Shown here: positions 11,387-22,702 of the stretch, piece after piece | Layout of the letters: each line of letters starts with the position of its first letter | How positions within the stretch are numbered: the first letter of the stretch is position 1 | Source of the DNA: Octopus bimaculoides | Taxonomy: Eukaryota | NCBI RefSeq assembly: GCF_001194135.2 | Contig: NC_069002.1 | Coordinates: 23,609,151 to 23,648,076, forward strand | Reading direction: 5' to 3' | Length of the DNA: 38,926 bases | The notes under the pieces: model-generated | What the model was told of the DNA's origin: nothing | Databases searched by the model: none | What the model saw: only the letters and a program-made list of their open reading frames with translations | Position numbers and translations under genes: made by a program

Positions 11387-12714
11387 AGTATACTATCCAG
11401 TATAACACTATCCAATGTGTCCTTTTATTTCAGGATGCTAAGATGAGATCTAGGAGAGATTTGACTGCTATTTCTAGTATGTACATCAAGCATACGTGTC
11501 AACACCCACCTTCATTCATCAGTCATTGCAGTAATTGTTGTTGTTGTTGTTTAGCCCTTGGTCGTCCATGAACTGGCATACCTAGATTAAAGGTCCTCCA
11601 GCTATGACACTCTTGTCTCTGTATATATCTAAGATGACCGGATCCGTGGTGTCCTTTCATTCTTAAGATGGAGGAATGTGGTTCAAGACATAATGTGGTT
11701 GCTATTTCTAGCATGTCAAGCAATCAGTAGAGACAGCCTTATTGTATCAGTTGTCATTGTAGATGTTGCTATGTCAGCTGCTGCTGCCCTTCTATCAATA
11801 TGTGTTGTTCTTGTTGTTGTCATTGTCCTCATTACTGCCGCTGTGTTGTTGTTGTCATTGCTGCTGTTTTTCATTATTTTGTTTTCCTTAGTTTGTTGTG
11901 AAGGAGGGAACTGCTCTACCCTCCACCCTCGTAAACCTTCAAAGACTTCTGAAGCTAATGCTGTTACAATCACATGTCAAAGGATGCAGGAAAAATATTT
12001 GCAAGTTGAGAATTCCAGTGGGTGGAGAAAGATTGGGTAGGGTGGTTCACTGAGGTGGTTGAGTTAGAGGAGAGGTTGTGCACCCAACATAGATGAAGGG
12101 AACTGGAGACAGGAGCCAGATGGGAGAACCTGAGTGCATAGTTGCCTTAGTAATATTGTAGACCCCTGAGAGAAAATCAGTGCACTGGTTCCTATAGTAT
12201 ATATTTTTTGACTGCAAACCAGGGCATAAAGAGATTAGAACTTGCAACATCACTACCCCAGATGTGGATGGGGGTAGATCCTACCCCATCTCCATCAAGG
12301 GTTCCACTGGAACTTTGGTGGGGAGTTGATGGGGATTTAAATAATTTTTGTCCCTCTCAGGGAAAAAACTAGTCTTTGTGGCACAAGTCTGGGATATCTT
12401 TTCGTCTTTTGCTTTCTCCTCATTTCAGTCGTTAGACCATGGCCACACTGCAGCACAGCCTTGAAAGGTTTTACTTGAATAAATCAACCCCATGCTTATT
12501 TTTAAAGTCTGACACTTATTCAGTCAGTGTCTCTTGCTGAACTACTAAGCTTTGGGGATGTAAACAAACTATTACTGGCTGTCATGTGGGGTGGTGGGAA
12601 GGGACAAGTACAGACAAAACACACACATGTATTTTTTTTTTTTCTTTTCAAAGTTTCAGCTCAGAGCTGAGGCCATGCTGATGCACCACCGTGTATATAT
12701 ATATATATATATAT

Positions 12715-13400
12715 ATATCATTATCACCATCATTTAACATCCATTGTCCATGCTGGCATGGCTTGGACAGTTTAACTGGGCTGGCACACTGGAAGGNNNN
12801 NNNNNNNNNNNNNNNNNNNNNNNNNNNNNNNNNNNNNNNNNNNNNNNNNNNNNNNNNNNNNNNNNNNNNNNNNNNNNNNNNNNNNNNNNNNNNNNNNNNN
12901 NNNNNTTTTCGTGCGGGTGACACGTAAAAGCACCCACTACACTCTCTGAGTGGTTGGCGTTAGGAAGGGCATCCAGCTGTAGAAACTCTGCCAAATCAGA
13001 CTGGAGCCTGGTGTTGCCATCCGGTTTCACCAGTCCTCAGTCAAATCGTCCAACCCATGCTAGCATGGAAAGCGGACGTTAAACGATGATGTTGATGATG
13101 ATGATGTCCATGCTGGCATGGCTTGGACAGTTTAACTGGGCTGGCACACTGGAAGGCTACACTAGACTCCAGTCTGATTTGGCATGGCTTTCTACAGCTG
13201 GATGCCCTTCCTAACACCAACTACTCCAAGAGTTTAATGGGTGCTTTTGTGTGTTGCTGGCACAGGTGCCATTTGTGTGACACTAGGTTGCATCTATGTG
13301 CCACCAGCATGGGTGCCAATTTGCTTGACACTGGTATCTGTTATGACTGATTTTGCTTGGCTTGATGGGTCTTCTTCTCAAGCATGGCATAATGCCAAAC
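12715..13400. mobile_element. Nested, oppositely oriented (GAT)n-tailed retroposons around an N gap
   Basis: Young copy 12906-13105 lies opposite to the flanking older copy; ~50 nt repeated exactly at ~12747-12796 and ~13107-13156. Confidence 0.75.
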
Positions 13401-13479
13401 GTCTTGGATTTTCTGGCAGAATCATAGCGCATTAGTCAGAATGCTTAGTGGTATATCATTTGTCTTTTTTGCGCTGAGT

Positions 13480-14190
13480 TACATTATCTAACATACATTA
13501 TGTAACAACTATTTTATCAATATTATCAAACATGACTACATGATCTAACACACATTATATAACTCAACTACCTTACCAATATTGCCAAACACAACTACAT
13601 TATTTAACATGGCTATATTATTAACATTATCAGACACTGTTACATTATCTTTGACATGGCCATATTACCAACATTATCAAATACAGTTACATTATCTAAG
13701 ACATTATATAATATGGATACATTATCAATATTGTCAAACACAACATTATTTAAGCTACGTTATATAACATGGCTACATTATCAATATTATCAAGCACAAC
13801 AACATTATTTAAGCTACATTATATAACATGCTACATTATCAATGTTATCAAGCAGGCAGTGAGCTGGCAGAATCATTAGCATGCCAGGTGAGATGCTTAG
13901 CAGTATTTCATCTGCCGAGGTCAACTTTGCCTTTCATTCTTTTGGGGTCGATTAAATAAGTACCAGTTACGCACTGGAGTCGATGGAATCAGCTTAATCC
14001 CTTTGTATGTCCTTGTTTGTCCCCTCTATGTTTAGTCCCCTGTGGGCAATAGAGAAATAAATATTATCAAACACAACATTATTTAAGCCACATTATGTAA
14101 CATGGCTACATTATCAATATCATCAAACACAACTACCTTATTTATGCCATGTTATATGGCACGACTGCATTACCAATATTCTCAGTAACA
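13480..14190. repeat. Degenerate ~55-bp AT-rich minisatellite built of acattat sub-repeats, interrupted by a SINE
   Basis: Recurring atattatcaaacacaacattatttaagctacattatataacatggctacattatca. Confidence 0.8.
13855..14060 (+). mobile_element. tRNA-SINE family A
   Basis: ggcagtgagctggcagaatcattagc...gtgggcaatagagaaata. Confidence 0.85.
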
Positions 14191-14896
14191 TTGTAAAATA
14201 CGGTTTCCATAACAACTGTTCTACAGGGATTCAAATCTGATATAAAAAAGACCAACCGTTTTTATACATCCTGATATTGTGTTACATAAATCCACAATTT
14301 CTACACACTTGTTGTTGTTCTTGTTGTTGTCATTGTTACCTAAATCCACATCTTCAGGCACCTGTTGTTGTCAATTAAATCCTTACCTCCACGCACTTCC
14401 TTTTTTTGTTGTTGTTTGCTGTTTTTAAAGCCATTGTCTTTTTTGCACTTTTGTCTTGGCTCCTTTTTTTTTTCGAAGCAGGTCATCTCTGATTAAAGGT
14501 GATGGAGCTCTATTGGTGATGCTGCTGGCGTTGGCTGTAGCGGTAGTCATGCTTGTGTTGAGGATTATAGGTGTGGTAGTGGGGGGAGCGTGATGGTAGT
14601 GATGGTGATGATAGCATTAGAGGTGGTGGTGGTGGTGTGTGGGGGGAGGGGCAGCTTGTGAGTTATTATTGCTCACTGAATTTTACTTTGATGGAACTTA
14701 ATTGTTTCTTAATTAGGCCATCCTACCCTCCCTTCTAACTCGCTAACGAACTTTAATACTTAGCTTACAGTTTCTTTTTGTATGTGTGAAAGTGTGTGTG
14801 AGTACATAGTTTTGAAAGTGTGCTTGCATGTGTGTGCTTGCATGTGTCTGTATATGTATTTGTGTGTGTCTGTGTTTGTATGTATGTGAGAGAGTT

Positions 14897-14950
14897 TTGT
14901 ATGTATGAAGAGAGTTTGTATGTATGAAGAGAGTTTGTATGTATGAAGAG

Positions 14951-14952
<2 letters not shown>
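14897..14952. repeat. 19-bp tandem repeat x3 next to (GT)n
   Basis: gtatgtatgaagagagttt repeated. Confidence 0.8.
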
Positions 14953-15002
<50 letters not shown>

Positions 15003-15217
15003 NNNNNNNNNNNNNNNNNNNNNNNNNNNNNNNNNNNNNNNNNNNNNNNNNNNNNNNNNNNNNNNNNNNNNNNNNNNNNNNNNNNNNNNNNNNNNNNNNN
15101 NNNNNNNNNNNNNNNNNNNNNNNNNNNNNNNNNNNNNNNNNNNNNNNNNNNNNNNNNNNNNNNNNNNNNNNNNNNNNNNNNNNNNNNNNNNNNNNNNNNN
15201 NNNNNNNNNNNNNNNNN

Positions 15218-15375
15218 CAATAACCCCCCCCCCCCAAGGACAATACCTCTAAGGAAAACAGATGATGATTTAAAACTTCTTAATATATTGCTGAGGGGAT
15301 AATTAACTAAGCGGGATAGTTGTCATCAGGAGAATTGTCCTATGGGAGGTGGGGGTGGGTAATTGTCCTGATACG
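15218..15375. mobile_element. Short fold-back MITE with ggacaatt/aattgtcc subterminal repeats (left end truncated by gap)
   Basis: Left caataaccccc...aggacaat is inverted relative to right aattgtcc...ggggtgggtaattgtcctgatacgg. Confidence 0.5.
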
Positions 15376-15399
15376 GTATAATTATGTGAGTATTTATGC

Positions 15400-15960
15400 G
15401 TGAAACAAAATGTGGAACTCAAAGCAATCCAACGCCAATACACAAAGAAAATTGACTCGATGCAAAAGATGGGCTACTGGGAGGAGGTAAAGGAGCTGAG
15501 TCTCTATTCCCTGGAGAGAAGACAAGGGAAATATGCAGTGATATATATATTTGGAAGATCTTGGAGGGTTTAGCCCCCAATTTTGGAATTGACAGCTATA
15601 CCAATTCTCGATCTGGACAGCACTGCATCATAACAAAGATCCTGTCTTCCCCATCTAAGATAAGTACACAGCACTGCAATAGTCTGGGTTTCAAGGGTTC
15701 ACAGTTGTTCAACATCCTTTCAGGCAACCTTAGAGATCTACCTGGTGTTGGTGTGGAAGTTTTCAAGGAACATCTGGACAGGTTTCTGTCTGAAATACCA
15801 GATGAACCCACATCACGGCAGGAGACGCAAAGAAGAGCAGCTCCGTCCACCTCACTACTTCACCAAAAACAATATCAGAAACAACACCGATTAACTACAG
15901 GTGGTGCACTGGCTTGATCTCAGCCCTGGGCTCAAACCAGTAAAAGATAAAAGGAAAAAT
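15400..15960 (+). mobile_element. 3' end of a CR1-group LINE (ORF2 C-terminus)
   Basis: YWEEVKELSLYSLERRQ...KILEGLAPN...SQLFNILSGNL...FKEHLDRFLSEIPDEP...RAA matches the CR1-group C-terminal pattern. Confidence 0.8.
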
Positions 15961-16221
15961 AGGGAAATATGTGTGCAAAGCACAGTTCTCTGACCTGCCA
16001 GCTATTTTCAAACTGCCCAACCCATGCCAGCCTGGAAAACAAGCATTTAATGACGATGATGATGATGCTGATTGTATGTGTGTGTGTGTGTGTGTGTGTT
16101 ACATGAATGTATGCATGCTTAATTTGTTTTTTTTTTTTTACGTACTTCTGTGTGATAAATTAGTGTGTCTCATTGTATATGAGTTCCTTTATCCTTGTGT
16201 GCATGTTTATGTGTGCTACAG

Positions 16222-16261
16222 CTGGGTGCTCATCCTATCACCTACCTTCACCTGTTTCCAA
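16222..16261 (+). CDS. Duplicate (paralogous) 40-nt exon 5a; WVLILSPTFTCFQ, GC donor or read-through to stop (CFQAR*)
   Basis: gctaCAG acceptor; 29/40 nt and 8/13 aa identical to 18554-18593; donor position CAA|GCAAGG aligns with CAA|GTAAAG. Confidence 0.45.
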
Positions 16262-16332
16262 GCAAGGTGATAATACTCTGCTACTGAACCTGTTTTCATG
16301 GAGGAGAAACCACACAGTCATGTGGTGTGTGT

Positions 16333-16375
<43 letters not shown>

Positions 16376-16377
<2 letters not shown>

Positions 16378-16600
16378 AGGGAGTGCTGAAAAGTTCCAGG
16401 CTTTAACAGTATTGTGAAAGGCCTGGTTGAAGGCCCAACCTACTGAGTTTTTTTATTGAGCTTAGGAAAGCTGAAGGACCGCTACAGTAAGTGTGTGAAT
16501 TTGAGAGGAAAATTTGTTGAATAAAATCACAATTAACTGACCCTCCAGTATTTTCTTTTAGCCAAATCTAGGAACTATTCAGCGCACACAGCCCCCTGTA
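16376..16600 (+). mobile_element. Mariner-derived non-autonomous element
   Basis: TIR-like gggagtgctgaaaagttcc / ggaactattcagc; retains mariner C-terminus KCVNLRGKFVE*. Confidence 0.7.
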
Positions 16601-16611
16601 TATACAGGTGC

Positions 16612-16935
16612 AGGCGTGGCAATGTGGTTAGAAGTTTGCCTCCCAACTACATAATTCCAGGTTCAGTCCCACTGCATGGCATCTTGAACAACTGTCTTCT
16701 ACTATAAGCCTCAAGCCAATCAAAGCCTTGTGAGTGCATTCAGTAGATGGAAACTAAAAGAAGCCTGTCATCTGTGTGTACCTTTGTTTAACCCCCACTA
16801 CTGCTTGACAACAAATGTTGGTGTGTTTACATCTCTGTGACTTAGCAGTTCAGTGTAAGAGATCAAGAGAATAACTACCACATTTTACAAAAGAATAATA
16901 AGTATCAGGCTTGATTCATTCGATTCGAGTTCTTC
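16612..16935 (+). mobile_element. tRNA-SINE family C
   Basis: ggcgtggcaatgtggttag...gttcagtcccactgcatggc. Confidence 0.8.
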
Positions 16936-17743
16936 AGGGTTGGGGGGTACCCCATCATCACCACTCTCTAATAACTTAAACAACTAAAAAATATCAGATA
17001 GATATATATATATAAATATATCTATATACTACTTCTACTACTACTACTACTAATAATAATAATAATAATAATAATCGTTGGATGGAATTCATAAATATTT
17101 TAATGCATCGTTATGCACGTTTCCACAAATCACATGTCTCTTAACATCATAGTTTGTATTTTTATCATTACTATATTTTCCTACGGTATATCAGTACAGC
17201 TCAGTACAACCCCAAAAACTTGGTTCATCAGTCAGCATCATTAGACTGTGGCCAGCATAATGGAATAGGAGCTTTATTGGCATATTCAAAACCTTTCCCA
17301 TAAACAAATTTAAATGATATATATTTATATTTATATAGATATAAATAAGAAATGGAATCCAAAACAATAAATTGAAACAATTATGAATTCAATTCAATTT
17401 AATTATTTTATACAAAGAAATGGCACATCTCATAAATTACAGCTGTTTCCATTTCATTAATAAAACCAAGTTTTTTAAGAATAATAAAATCCCGTTTAAA
17501 TATATAATGAGGCTTCATCAGATCAACATATTTTCTTCAATATTTCATGAAAAATAGTAATTGCAAATAACTACTAATGCTTTTCAAAGAAATGCTTTTT
17601 GAGATCGAGCTTAATCGTAGATAAATGATGTAACTGAAATTACGTAAACTCCTAAATTTAAATCGATTCGTGTCCAGTTCTATAACCATTTTGTTGCATA
17701 ATACACACATTCATATATACATATTTATATATATTTATATGTG

Positions 17744-18049
17744 TGGAGGCACAATGGCCCAGTGGTTAAGGCAGTAGACTCGCGGTCATAGGATCACAGT
17801 TTCAATTCCCAGACCGGGCGCTGTGAGTGTTTATTGAGCAAAAACACCTAAAGCTCCAAGAGGGGTGGTGGCAGACCCTGCTGTATTCTTTCACCACAAC
17901 TTTCTCTCACTCTTTCTTCCTGTTTATGTTGCGCCTGTATTTTAAAGGGCTAGCCTTCGCTCAGCCACTTGTATGTTAATTTCATGAGCAGGCTGTTCCG
18001 TTGATCAGATCAACTGGAACCCTCATCGTAACCAACAGAGTGCCGCAGT
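17744..18049 (+). mobile_element. tRNA-SINE family B
   Basis: ggaggcacaatggcccagtggttaagg head; TSD atatttatatgt on both sides. Confidence 0.9.
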
Positions 18050-18083
18050 ATATTTATATGTACACACATACATCTATCCAAAG

Positions 18084-18310
18084 GCAGTGAGCTGGCAGAA
18101 ACGTTAGCACACCTGGCGAAATGCTTAGTGGCATTTCGACTGCCATTATGTTCTGAGTTCAAATTCCACCGTGGTCGACTTTGCCTTTCATCCTTTCAGG
18201 GTCGATTAAATAAGTACCAGTTACGCACCTGGGTCGATATAATCGACATAATCCGTTTGTCCTTGTTTGTCCCATCTGTGTGTAGCCTCTTGTAGGCAGC
18301 AAAGAAATAA
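18084..18310 (+). mobile_element. tRNA-SINE family A
   Basis: ggcagtgagctggcagaaacgttagc...ttgtaggcagcaaagaaata. Confidence 0.85.
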
Positions 18311-18371
18311 CATACATCTATCCATCTACGTATATATACATATACACACATGTATGTATACTCACATGCAT

Positions 18372-18404
<33 letters not shown>

Positions 18405-18553
18405 AAACACACACACACACACATATATATATGCAGAAAGTGAGAGAGAAATTGATAGATTAAATAGATATTCATCTGTTCATTCCTTTTTAAGTTCATT
18501 TTTCTATGCTTGAATGAGTCAGATGAATAGATTATTAAGCCAATGTTTTGCAG

Positions 18554-18593
18554 CTGGTTGCTCTTGTTGTCACTAACCCTTGCCTGTTTTCAA
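18554..18593 (+). CDS. 40-nt exon 5b encoding a hydrophobic anchor segment WLLLLSLTLACFQ, phase 2->0
   Basis: aatgttttgCAG acceptor, CAA|GTAAAG donor; completes AG+C (Ser) from exon 4; hydrophobic stretch continues FALISS. Confidence 0.65.
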
Positions 18594-18739
18594 GTAAAGA
18601 ATTTCTTATTTCCCATGCCTATGGAGACGTGAAGCAAACAGACAGGAGTGGTGACAACACCACCACTTTTAACAATTTTGGTAGAATGCAAATGTAAACA
18701 AGCAAACAGACAATAATGCACATATTCGTGTATCTGTCT

Positions 18740-18768
18740 ACCTATCTATCTATCAATCAACCTATCTG

Positions 18769-18814
<46 letters not shown>

Positions 18815-18885
18815 AACGTATAGGTCTGTCTATCTATCAATCAGTCAACCTATCTGTCTGTCTATCTATCTATCTATCTCTCTAT
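18740..18885. repeat. (ATCT)n microsatellite
   Basis: Direct reading. Confidence 0.95.
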
Positions 18886-18889
18886 CCAT

Positions 18890-19560
18890 CATCATCATCA
18901 TCATCATCATCATCGAATGACTGTTTTTCCATGCTGGCATGGGTTTGGGCAGTTTGGCAGGGGCTGGTAAGCCGGAGACTTGCACCAGGCTCAGGTGTCC
19001 ATCCTGACATGGTTTTTATGGCTAGATGCCCTTCTTAACACCAAAGATTTTACAGAGTCTAGTGGGTGCTTTTTACATGGCACCAGCACCAATGGGGGTC
19101 AGCAAGTGACTTGTGAGAGAAAGTCTTCTCATCTGGAAGAGGGACTGGAACCATGGCTTTGCACCAGGTGAGAGGTGAGAGCATAATAAAAGGACAGAGG
19201 TAGACGTTTTATTATACTGGAGATTCTTGGTTACCCCAGTAGGAAAAGATGGGAGTGGAAGGAGAGATAGAGTTAGGGAGATAATCAGGGTGAGAGAGAA
19301 ATGGTGTTGGAGATGTGGGGGTGTTCCATAAGAATGTGAAGGGAAATGCTTAGAGATGTGGAAGACTGAAGGAGGTGAGCGTGAGAGAAATTGGAGTGGC
19401 TGGTCATGGTTGGGTGTGGTAGATATGTGAGGGCATTGAGAGTGCTTGTAAAACTAATGTGCCACAGCAATTTTGTGTCTGACCAGTGCCAGCAGAGAAA
19501 AATGGACATTAAACCAATGGTGGTGGTGGTGATGATGATGATGATGATAATGATGATCAT
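18890..19560. mobile_element. Composite of two oppositely oriented RTE-tail retroposon remnants
   Basis: Tail motif ttccatgctggcatggg at left and reverse tail gccagcagagaaaaatggacattaaac(GAT)n at right. Confidence 0.55.
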
Positions 19561-19599
19561 GATCATGGTGGTGGTGATGATGATGGAGATGGTGGTAAT

Positions 19600-19606
19600 G
19601 ATGATG

Positions 19607-19649
<43 letters not shown>

Positions 19650-19731
19650 TATTTGGCTGATTTTTCCCTCTAAATAATTTTATAAATATGAAGAATATAA
19701 CCTTTATAAGGTGACTGTGCCAGTCATATCA

Positions 19732-19765
<34 letters not shown>

Positions 19766-19910
19766 GCATATATTTATGTATGTATATATTATATACATAC
19801 ACATATGCATATATATATACACACACATGTACACATATATATATGTGGATATATATATGTATGTAGACATATATATATATATATATATGTGTGTATGTAT
19901 GTATACATAA

Positions 19911-19946
<36 letters not shown>

Positions 19947-20130
19947 GTATGCATACATACATATATATGTATGTATTCATATATGTATATATATATATGT
20001 ATACATACATATGCATGCATATGTATGTATACACACACACACACACACACACACACATATGTATGTGTACATATACATATAGGTATATGTACACATACAT
20101 ATATATGTCTGTATACATACATATATATCA
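19600..20130. repeat. Compound (TA)/(CA)/(TATG) microsatellite
   Basis: Direct reading. Confidence 0.95.
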
Positions 20131-20281
20131 GAGTGTGTCTATCCACACATACTTTCCATTATCTTTTGAGATTCAGGTTTAATTATTACATAATTCAGAT
20201 ATTTTTACAATAATTTAAATAATAACACTTATTTATGCTTTCTCTCATAAAAGTAGTTTCATTTCATTTCCTTTCACCTAG

Positions 20282-20293
20282 GAGTGTCAGTGA
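20282..20293 (+). CDS. Probable terminal coding segment ECQ*, followed by an AT-rich putative 3' UTR
   Basis: Strong acceptor tttcatttcatttcctttcaccTAG|G; phase 0 gives GAG TGT CAG TGA; AATAAA at 20753-20758. Confidence 0.45.
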   Translation, partial: ECQ

Positions 20294-21167
20294 CATTCAT
20301 GTGATAAGAAGCGGAGTTTTAACAGCACTCTAGTCACCTTAATATTTGATAGATGTTGACACTAGAGTTAGTCACTTTTGGCTGTCATTAATTGGCAAAC
20401 AGCCATACATTTTTCAAACTTGAGAACCTAATGAAATCTCAGAAAGGTGTCCTATATATTTTATTTGATGTATTCTATTTTATTCTATTTTATTTGAATT
20501 TATTTGTTGCTTTGTTTCAATTGATTACAATTTATCAAGTACAATATATTCCATTAAGAAACGAGAGTGTGAAGTGACTCTTGTTGTATGTAGACCTGGG
20601 AGGGTTTCTTAAAAATCATTAAAAGAGTGATTGGAAAACTATAATGTATATATAACGAGAGAACTTCTTTTAGCGGTGGAGGATGAAAAGAACATTTTAT
20701 TCAATGATTTGTTTCAATGTTTCAGTATTAATTAACCATGATACTGGAAGTAAATAAATAGATAAAAACAACAAGTAAAACATAAAAAAAAAGAAAGAGA
20801 AAAAAAGAAAGGCATATTTTTCTCCCAAAGTGAAATTCATTCATTAATTCACTCATTCATTCTTATTTGAAACCATAGAAAAAAAAAACAACAACAAAGA
20901 AAAGAAAAAAAGCATTTATCTTTTTTTTGGCAATTCTTCAAGCTAAGAACTTTACATCAGTTTCTAATATAGTATGGATCTTCTCCAACTTACGCCTCCC
21001 ATGTTTCTGTTTTCACCCATTTATTTTGCATATCTCACAAATGAGAGATATTTTTTGCTTGATAGTCAGGATGTTTAGAGATGGGGCAGACTGTAGCAGG
21101 TGAGGGTGAGAGAGATTGGAGTGGCTTGTCATGGGCACCTTTCTAAGAGCCCCTGACGCTTTAGAGC

Positions 21168-21335
21168 AGTGGTTCCCTACCATTTTTCACCTATGGGCCC
21201 CTTTGATTCTTATTTAACTCAGATGGACCCTCACAGCCATTCGATGGTTAAAAAATCCTATCATATTTTTGGAATTCATTTTCATTAGGAATTGTATTAA
21301 AAAAGTCAAAATGTTTTGGCTTTTTTATGTAGAAG
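21168..21335 (+). mobile_element. hAT/Charlie-like MITE 5' part, interrupted by SINE C (resumes ~21758-21780)
   Basis: ctttagag|cagtggttccc terminus (8-bp flank resembling the Charlie target); homologous to 1200-1440. Confidence 0.65.
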
Positions 21336-21336
21336 C

Positions 21337-21499
21337 GAGTGCAGGAGTGGCTGTGTGGTAAGACGCTTGCTTCCCAACTACATGGTTCTGGGTTCAGCCC
21401 CACTGCGTGACACCTTAGGCGAGTGTCTTCTACTATAGCCTCGGGCTGACCAAAGCCTTGTGAGTGGATTTGGTAGACAGAAACTGAAAGAAGCCTGTC

Positions 21500-21543
<44 letters not shown>

Positions 21544-21757
21544 CATATGTGTATTTGTCCCCACAACATCGCTTGACAACCGTTGTTGGTGTGTTTACAT
21601 CCCCATAACTTAGTGGTTTGGCAAAACAGACCAATAGAATAAGTAGTAAGCTTACAAAGAATAAGTCCTGGGGTCAATTTGTTTGACTAAACGCGGTGCT
21701 CCACATGGTCACAGTCAAATGACTGAAACAAGTAAAAGAATAAAAGAATAAAAGAAT
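21337..21757 (+). mobile_element. Near full-length tRNA-SINE family C
   Basis: ggagtggctgtgtggtaag head; (aaagaata)n tail. Confidence 0.9.
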
Positions 21758-22396
21758 AAGTATAACCAAGTTAATGCATGAACTTGCTAGGGTTGTAGCT
21801 GAGAAACATTGCTCCAGCTTTTGTGGGGGTTAAGTATTGGCAGAGCAGAAACTTAACGTGAGTCATTATAACAAAGTGAACTCTGTTAAAGGCAACCAAA
21901 GTGTTAGGAGGTGGTTATAAACTGGGCCAGATGTTCAGCCAATACACCTAGGCAGGCTATAGTTGGATGTGGAATCAGCATGTAAAGAGAACAAACACCA
22001 CAAGGTATCCAGTCCAACATCAACCGCTCTGAATTGCGGTTCCTTTTTATCAACTTAGAAATGATAAACAAAACTGTTCTCAACATGATTTGAACTCAGA
22101 GCACAGAGTCAAGGCTAATACTGGAAAGCATTCTGTCTGGTGCTGTAACAACTTTGGCAATTTGCTGCCCACAGAATATTGTTGTTGTCGTTGGTGGTGG
22201 TCATGGTGGTGGTGTCAAAAGCAATAAAACAATAACAGAGCATACATATGTATATGTCACTCTCTGCTTTTTCTCTCTCTCTCTTCTGTATTCCCTCTTT
22301 ATTCCTCTCCTTCTCTTCCTTTCTACTCTCTCTCTTTCTCCCTTGCTATATATCTATACATTCATACATACATACATACATACATACATACACACA

Positions 22397-22434
<38 letters not shown>

Positions 22435-22571
22435 ATCATCCTTATTTAACATCTGTGTTTATGTTTGTGGATGTTTATATATACGTACATGTAATATGTA
22501 TATATGCATCTGTCAAGTCATATATCAGACTAATATATATGTGTGCACATGTATGTATATGTATAAATGTG

Positions 22572-22606
<35 letters not shown>

Positions 22607-22653
22607 ATATGCCTACATATATGTTTATATATATATATATACATAAGTGTATG

Positions 22654-22702
<49 letters not shown>

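Noticed and set aside
11678-12040. 120-aa hydrophobic ORF that looks like a TM protein
   Set aside because: It derives from degenerate (GTT/GCT)n low-complexity DNA, with no convincing splice context or homology.
12050-12360. GVY...YVG resembling GIY-YIG, plus a 10-bp hairpin at ~12266-12289
   Set aside because: Motif spacing is wrong (22 aa); at most a very decayed PLE remnant that I cannot support.
17160-17280. Minus-strand FHYAGH resembling a caspase/metacaspase His motif
   Set aside because: Isolated six-residue match surrounded by stops, with no Cys motif.
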